This document shows positions 58,492 to 64,000 of a stretch of 64,000 nt of DNA, one piece after another. Below the pieces are notes generated by a model. That model did no database searches and was not told where the DNA came from. It was given only the letters and a program-made list of their open reading frames with translations. Origin of the DNA: Vulcanimicrobiota bacterium. Lineage in GTDB: Bacteria > Vulcanimicrobiota > Vulcanimicrobiia > Vulcanimicrobiales > Vulcanimicrobiaceae. The stretch is taken from contig CAWGBN010000009.1 in the NCBI GenBank assembly GCA_963820825.1, positions 96,001-160,000 on the forward strand, in the 5' to 3' direction. Each line of letters starts with the position of its first letter. The first letter of the stretch is position 1. The translations under genes were made by a program, and so were the position numbers.

Positions 58492-59820
58492 CTAGTCGTT
58501 GTCGGGAGGAACGAAGGACGGCCGCTCCCTGGCGAAGGTCGATTCGGGATAGCGTGCTCGAATAGGAGAGAACGCGCGCGGGCCTTTCGTAAAATCGAAC
58601 GCGTCGAACATGCCGTTCGCACGGGTGTCGGTGAATCCGCTCGACGGCGGACCGACGGGCGGCAGACCGAAGAGCGCTTCAACGGTCTTCAGAATGCTGC
58701 CGTACTCGTATTGCGTATGCGCGACGTACCCGCGCTTTGCATACGGCGAGATGACGATGCAGGGAACGCGGATGCCCAGACCACGGAAGTCGAGCTGCGG
58801 CGGAGGGGCATCGTCGTACCAGCCGCCCCAGTCGTCCCAAAGCACGAAGATTGCCGTCGAGTCCCAATTCGGGCTCTCGCCGATCGCGTTGACGATCGAG
58901 GCCACCCACGACGGGCCGCGATCGGAGCCGCTGCCGGTGTGGTCGGAGTCGACCCAGTCCGGCGTCACCCACGAGACACCGGCGAGCTCTCCGCTTCGCG
59001 CATCGGCGAGAATCTTCGTCTGCGGGGAGATGACGTTCTTCCAATCGGGACCGTAGCGCACCGCACGTACCGCTGAGAACTCCGACCAAACCTTGCCGCC
59101 GATGTGACTGAGCGGAGAGGCGTAGTACTTCCAGGAGACTCCGGCGGCATCGAGCCGATCGGCGAGCGTGGGGAAGTGGTCGAAACACGGAAACGGCCCG
59201 TTGAATCGTTCGATGCGATGCGCGTTGAGCGTGAAGCTGCGCGCTCCCGGCGGGGCTTCGCATCCCCATTTAATCGTATCGGGTGCGTCTACTTCGGCGA
59301 TCGGCCCGCGTTCGATCGTCGTATTTCCCGCGATCAGGCTCAAGTGGGCGGTGAAGCTCGGGCCGAACTCGGTGGGAAACATGCGATCGGCGAGCACGTA
59401 CTGCTTGGCCATCGCCCAATACGGCGCCGATTCGTCGCGCGGCACGTAGGCGTACGCGAAGTCGAGCGGACCGCCGTAAAAGTGCTCGTGCTCGAAGCCG
59501 TTCATCTTGCCGCCGTTCCAGCCGCTGATCGAATCGCGCCAGTTGTTTTCGATATTGCCGGGATTCTCGAGTGCGGTCGGATGCAAAGCGATGCGCTTCT
59601 TACCGGCAAAGCCGAAGCGCGGAGCGTCGGCGCCGGGAAAGCCGCTGAAGAGATTGTCGAAGCTGCGGTTCTCCTGGATGACGATGACGACGTGTTTGAT
59701 GTAGCGGCTCGGCGGCGCGGCGCCCGGCGTCACGGAAGGCGCGGTGCTGCCGCCGCAGCCGGCGCCCCACGCAGCCAATAGTAAGAGTGAGACTCGCGGG
59801 ACGAGCCGGCACGCTAGCAC
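58492..59820 (-). CDS. Phospholipase C/phosphoesterase-family lipoprotein
   Basis: GAGC lipobox, IKHVVIVIQENRSFDN, SDH, WDDWGGWYD, RVP. Confidence 0.92.
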   Translation of the reverse strand: MLACRLVPRVSLLLLAAWGAGCGGSTAPSVTPGAAPPSRYIKHVVIVIQENRSFDNLFSGFPGADAPRFGFAGKKRIALHPTALENPGNIENNWRDSISGWNGGKMNGFEHEHFYGGPLDFAYAYVPRDESAPYWAMAKQYVLADRMFPTEFGPSFTAHLSLIAGNTTIERGPIAEVDAPDTIKWGCEAPPGARSFTLNAHRIERFNGPFPCFDHFPTLADRLDAAGVSWKYYASPLSHIGGKVWSEFSAVRAVRYGPDWKNVISPQTKILADARSGELAGVSWVTPDWVDSDHTGSGSDRGPSWVASIVNAIGESPNWDSTAIFVLWDDWGGWYDDAPPPQLDFRGLGIRVPCIVISPYAKRGYVAHTQYEYGSILKTVEALFGLPPVGPPSSGFTDTRANGMFDAFDFTKGPRAFSPIRARYPESTFARERPSFVPPDND

Positions 59821-59881
59821 GTCAACGGTCTTCCGCGAGCGTCAGAGGCCGCCCTTGCACGGCGCTTGCTTGAGTGAGATA

Positions 59882-61258
59882 ATGCGCGAAACCGTGGGCA
59901 ACACAGCAACCGCAACACTGGCAAGTCTCTTTTGCCTAGCCGCCTGCACGCCCGCGGCGTTCGCCCCCGGCGCTCGCGCATCGTACGACTGGAGCACGAC
60001 CGCGAGAGCCGCCGCAGAGGGCAAGCACGTCGATCACATCGTCGTCGTCATCCAAGAGAATCGAAGTTTCGATAACTTCTTTGCGACCTTCCCGGGAGCC
60101 GACGGCGCGACCGAGGGCGTCATGAAGACGCCCAGCGGCCAGGAGGTCGTCCAACTGCAAGAGAGCCGGCTGGAGATGGATAGTCTCGGACACGAGCATT
60201 ACTCGTTCGTGCTCGAGTACGATCACGGAAAGATGGACGGGTTTAACCTCGTCAAACGCGCGTTGCCCCACGGCGTCAAAGTGAAGTCGGGGACGTACGC
60301 CTACCGTTACGTCAATCCGAACGACATCGTGCCGTACTGGACGATGGCCGAGCAGTACGTGCTCGCCGACCACATGTTCTCGACGCAGAGCAGCAGCAGC
60401 TTCACCGCCCATCAGGACTTGATCGCCGGCGGCACGCCGGTCGGCGACGGCAACAACGTGATCGACTTTCCGTCGCCCTCGAGTTGGGGATGCAACGCGC
60501 CTCCGGGAACCGTCACCTCGCTGATCACGTCGAGCGGCCGGTATCTGCGCGACAAGGGCCCGTACCCGTGCTTCACCTACCCCACGCTGCGCGATCTGCT
60601 CGACGCGAAGAAGCTCTCCTGGCTCTACTTCACCAACACCTCGAAATCGTACGTCTGGAACGCCTTCGATGCAATCTCGGCGGTGCGCAACGGACCCGAG
60701 TGGGAGACGAATATCGTCATCCCGCAGACGAGGATCTACCAGACGATCGAAGCCGCCCAGCTTCCCGCCGTTTCGTGGGTGCTGCCCGACTCGCTCGATT
60801 CCGATCACCCCGGGCTCCACTCCGACACCGGGCCATCCTGGGTCGCAAGCGTGGTCAACGCGATCGGCGAGAGCGCCTACTGGTCGAGCACGGCGATCGT
60901 CGTCGTGTGGGACGATTGGGGCGGATACTACGACAACGTTGCGCCGCCGCAGGTCGACGGACAGGGCTACGGCTTTCGCGTTCCGATGCTGGTCATATCG
61001 CCCTACGCGCGCGAGAGCACGCCGAACGTCCCCGGCTACATCTCGCACACGCAGTATAACTTCGGAAGCATCGTCAGATTCATCGAAGATAACTTCCGGC
61101 TCGGACGTCTCGGCACGTCCGACGTCGATTCGAAGAGCATCGTCGACTGCTTCGATTTCAATCGGCCGCCGCGCGCGTTCATCCCAATTGCCGAAAAATA
61201 TTCGAAGAAATACTTCGAACGCCGGCCACCGTCTGGTCTTCCGCTCGACGACGAATAG
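59882..61258 (+). CDS. Phospholipase C/phosphoesterase-family lipoprotein
   Basis: LAAC lipobox, HIVVVIQENRSFDN, SDHP, WDDWGGYYD, GFRVP; start placed at ATG 59882. Confidence 0.92.
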   Translation: MRETVGNTATATLASLFCLAACTPAAFAPGARASYDWSTTARAAAEGKHVDHIVVVIQENRSFDNFFATFPGADGATEGVMKTPSGQEVVQLQESRLEMDSLGHEHYSFVLEYDHGKMDGFNLVKRALPHGVKVKSGTYAYRYVNPNDIVPYWTMAEQYVLADHMFSTQSSSSFTAHQDLIAGGTPVGDGNNVIDFPSPSSWGCNAPPGTVTSLITSSGRYLRDKGPYPCFTYPTLRDLLDAKKLSWLYFTNTSKSYVWNAFDAISAVRNGPEWETNIVIPQTRIYQTIEAAQLPAVSWVLPDSLDSDHPGLHSDTGPSWVASVVNAIGESAYWSSTAIVVVWDDWGGYYDNVAPPQVDGQGYGFRVPMLVISPYARESTPNVPGYISHTQYNFGSIVRFIEDNFRLGRLGTSDVDSKSIVDCFDFNRPPRAFIPIAEKYSKKYFERRPPSGLPLDDE

Positions 61259-61314
61259 GTAGCGAGCGCCTCCCCTGAAGCGTGGGAACGCTTCGCTGTG
61301 GGAAAAGTAGGCCA

Positions 61315-64000
61315 ATGACGCGGACGCGACGGCGCCGGATTTGGAGCGCTGCGGCAATTGCTCTGCTCTGCATCGTTGCGGCCGGCTGGTGGCAGCGCCA
61401 GGCGCTGGCGCGACTCGGCGTCATTGCCGCCGTTGAAGGCTTTTTCCACGTGCGCCTCTCGTTCGATCGTTCGAGGTTCGCGTTGAATCACGCCGTCATC
61501 GACGGCATTGCCGTGACTTCGTTTCGCGGCGAACCGATCGCCGAGATTTCACGCCTCGAGCTCGCCTACGATCTGCGCGATTTGCTCCCCGGCGCAAAGC
61601 GCCGTTTCGGATTGGAGAGCATCGCCGTTTATGCGCCCGCGCTTACGGTGATCCGGCGCGCCGACGGCAGCTACAACCTCCCGCTGCCGAACCTCTCGCA
61701 GCCGACCCCAAGCGGCGGAGCTCCGCTGAACGTTCGCGCGCGCGTCCGCAACGGATCGATCGAGATCGTCGACGAGAGTCCGGCGGCGCTTGCGAATCGC
61801 CGGCATCTCTACGTGCGCGATCTCAACGTCGACGCCACCCTAGCGACCGCCGCACGCTCGAGCTACGTCGCCGCCCTGCGCTACGGCGAACGCGCCGATC
61901 GCCTCTATCCGGTGCGCGGAACGGGCACGATCGATTCCGCGAGGGGATACGTAGAGCAGCACTGGAGCGCGCCCGAACTGCCGATCGCCGCAGCGGTCAA
62001 CTTCCTCGCCGGCTCCTCCGCGATGCGGCTGCAAGACGGGATGCTCGAGAACGTCGACGCGCGCAGCTTTGGGCTCCGTGGTCCTGCCGGTTCGCTGCAG
62101 ACGCATCTCGGCGCTACGGCGTGGCTCGCCGATGGACGCATAGCGATCGCCGGTCTGGCAAAACCGATCGAGAACATGCAGGGGCGAATCGACGCGTACG
62201 ACGACGGGCTGCTGACGAGCGGGCTGACGGCACGCCTTGCGGCGATCCCGCTGCAGATTTCGGGCGGCCTCTACGGACTGCGCGCGCCTCGGCTGCGCGT
62301 GGCGGTACGCGGAAGGGGCAGCCTCACGCAACTGCGCACGGCCCTCGCCCAGGCGCAGCGTCTACCGATTCGCGGATCGCTCGATTTTTCGATGCTCGTT
62401 GCGGGAGCTGCGCCCAATCCGGTTACGTGGATCGCGCTGCGCTCGCCCAAGACCGAGTATGCCGCTACGACGTTGGAGGATCTGCACGGCGTCGTTGCGC
62501 TGACCGGCCACGAAGCCGACGTCGTCGGCGTCAACGCGGCGTACGGCCGGGTGAGACTCGGCGCGCGCGGGCGCATCGCGTTCGACAAGGAGCGCAACGC
62601 GGTGGAGCTGCTCGCCGGCGCGAGCGCGCCGTCCGGCGGAACCCCGTACGTGAGCCGAATCCTGCCCGATCTGCCGCTGCGCGCGGACGTTCTCGCGACC
62701 GCCGACGACCCGAAAGCGATCGCGATGCGCGGTCTGCTTTCGGGGCGCAGCGCGTCGCGGCGCCTCGAGGCGCTCTTCGACGTCGACAGCCGCGGCGTCG
62801 GAACGGTCGGACCGCTCGAGATCGACGGGAAGTCCGGGTCGCTCTACGCGCGGGTCGCGCTCGACCACCCGCACGGCAGCGCGTTCGGAATTGTCGAAAC
62901 GCGCAACTTTGCCTTCGAACCGCTGCGCGCGCGGCTCGACGCGACGATCTTCGGCGACGAGACGAATAACGCAATCGAGACGATCGCCGACGCGAAGCTG
63001 CGCACGCTGTGGGGCAGCGGCAGCCTCCGCGGCAACCTCGCATTCGCGCACGGAGCTTTGAAGGGCGCGTTCTTTGGCAACGCCGCGAATGCCGCGAGCT
63101 ACGGCGCGACGGTCGGCGGTTCGCCGAACGCGCCGCGAATCGCCGGAACGATCGTCGTCGCCGGGGGGCGTTTTCGGAACTTCAACGTCAACGGGAGTGC
63201 CGGACTCCTCTTCGATCGCAACGCGCTCGACATTCAAAACGCCGAGGTCGCGCTCGGTCCGCTCTTTCTCGGCGTTACCGGCGGAATCGACGGCATCGTC
63301 GCCAATCGCGCGCTCGCGCCCCGATACGATCTCGCCGCGCAAGTGCACTCGTCGGACGTAAGCGCGCTCGTCGCAACCGTACGGCCGCACGCGGCGCAGT
63401 TGGTTCAAGGAAGCGTCGATGCCGCGGTTCATCTCGGCGGATCGGGTGCGGGGCCCGTCGTGAGCGGAACGTTCGACGCTCCCGAGGGTTCGATCAACGG
63501 CTTGAGCTTCCGCGATTTTCGCTCCGCCGTAGACGGCGATGTGACGGCGCTCGCGGTACGCGGCGGCCGCGTGGTTGTCGGCGGGTCGGCAATCGCATTG
63601 AACGCCACCGCGACGCGGGCGGGCGATGCGTCGTTCTCCGTGAGCGCGCCGCATCTCGATCTCGCCGATCTCAACGACTTCTTCGATCGAGGCGACATGC
63701 TCGGCGGGACGGGATCGCTCGCGCTGCGGGCGGATGTCTCCGGCCGGCAGATCGCCGCAACGGCAGGCAGCGCGCACTTTACCGGCGCGCGCGTGCGCCG
63801 CATCGAGCTCGGAAGCGTCTCGGCGCATTGGAGCAGCGCCGGTCAGACGATCTCGAGCGCGCTGCAGATCGGCGGTCCCTCCGGCGAACTCGCGTTGACC
63901 GGAAGCGTTACGCCCAATGCCAAGCGCGTCGACCTTCATGCCGGCGTGCGCGCACTCGATCTCGCAACGTGGCTGCCGATGCTCGGGCTGCGCGTTCCGG
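61315..64000 (+). CDS. TamB/AsmA-like large periplasmic protein (runs off the window)
   Basis: Read manually from ATG 61315: MTRTRRRRIW, TM anchor, then amphipathic beta-rich sequence (LTVIRRADGSYNLP). The diagnostic C-terminus is not visible. Confidence 0.75.
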   Translation, partial: MTRTRRRRIWSAAAIALLCIVAAGWWQRQALARLGVIAAVEGFFHVRLSFDRSRFALNHAVIDGIAVTSFRGEPIAEISRLELAYDLRDLLPGAKRRFGLESIAVYAPALTVIRRADGSYNLPLPNLSQPTPSGGAPLNVRARVRNGSIEIVDESPAALANRRHLYVRDLNVDATLATAARSSYVAALRYGERADRLYPVRGTGTIDSARGYVEQHWSAPELPIAAAVNFLAGSSAMRLQDGMLENVDARSFGLRGPAGSLQTHLGATAWLADGRIAIAGLAKPIENMQGRIDAYDDGLLTSGLTARLAAIPLQISGGLYGLRAPRLRVAVRGRGSLTQLRTALAQAQRLPIRGSLDFSMLVAGAAPNPVTWIALRSPKTEYAATTLEDLHGVVALTGHEADVVGVNAAYGRVRLGARGRIAFDKERNAVELLAGASAPSGGTPYVSRILPDLPLRADVLATADDPKAIAMRGLLSGRSASRRLEALFDVDSRGVGTVGPLEIDGKSGSLYARVALDHPHGSAFGIVETRNFAFEPLRARLDATIFGDETNNAIETIADAKLRTLWGSGSLRGNLAFAHGALKGAFFGNAANAASYGATVGGSPNAPRIAGTIVVAGGRFRNFNVNGSAGLLFDRNALDIQNAEVALGPLFLGVTGGIDGIVANRALAPRYDLAAQVHSSDVSALVATVRPHAAQLVQGSVDAAVHLGGSGAGPVVSGTFDAPEGSINGLSFRDFRSAVDGDVTALAVRGGRVVVGGSAIALNATATRAGDASFSVSAPHLDLADLNDFFDRGDMLGGTGSLALRADVSGRQIAATAGSAHFTGARVRRIELGSVSAHWSSAGQTISSALQIGGPSGELALTGSVTPNAKRVDLHAGVRALDLATWLPMLGLRVP

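Noticed and set aside
62362..63939. 525-aa minus-strand ORF
   Set aside because: It is the shadow of the plus-strand TamB-like gene that runs off the window.

Overview
This is a high-GC bacterial window. The lineage is probably Candidatus Eremiobacterota/Vulcanimicrobiota, inferred from the combination of TamB and TonB-receptor-like proteins with expanded phospholipase-C lipoproteins, a cyclase-STAND protein and PT linkers; I did not verify this. The left end is a housekeeping block: ftsH, tilS, smpB, a thioesterase, a metallophosphoesterase, a hisC-like gene, moeA and serS. It is followed by small secreted proteins and a MacAB-type ABC exporter with an OmpR/sensor-kinase pair. A large accessory region (~23-55 kb) is centred on a tRNA-Ser(UGA) gene. 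The most notable structure is two extra copies of the 5' half of that tRNA (G1 through the last anticodon-loop base) lying 3.6 and 7.8 kb upstream of it. The tRNA and the nearer copy are flanked on their facing sides by arm-site-like direct repeats. This suggests tandem islands integrated at the anticodon loop in the unusual 5'-replacing orientation. They carry an adenylate cyclase-STAND-TPR gene and a SWIM-SNF2 helicase but no intact integrase. Other notable items are a probable multicopper oxidase-ZIP transporter fusion, a perfect 22-bp palindrome over a leaderless promoter, a shared OmpR-type box at two distant loci, and a TonB receptor/spermidine-dehydrogenase-like operon. Several genes carry single-base frameshifts that look like assembly errors. 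No CRISPR array, rRNA or intact transposase was seen. All product calls come from motif recognition by eye, not from database searches.
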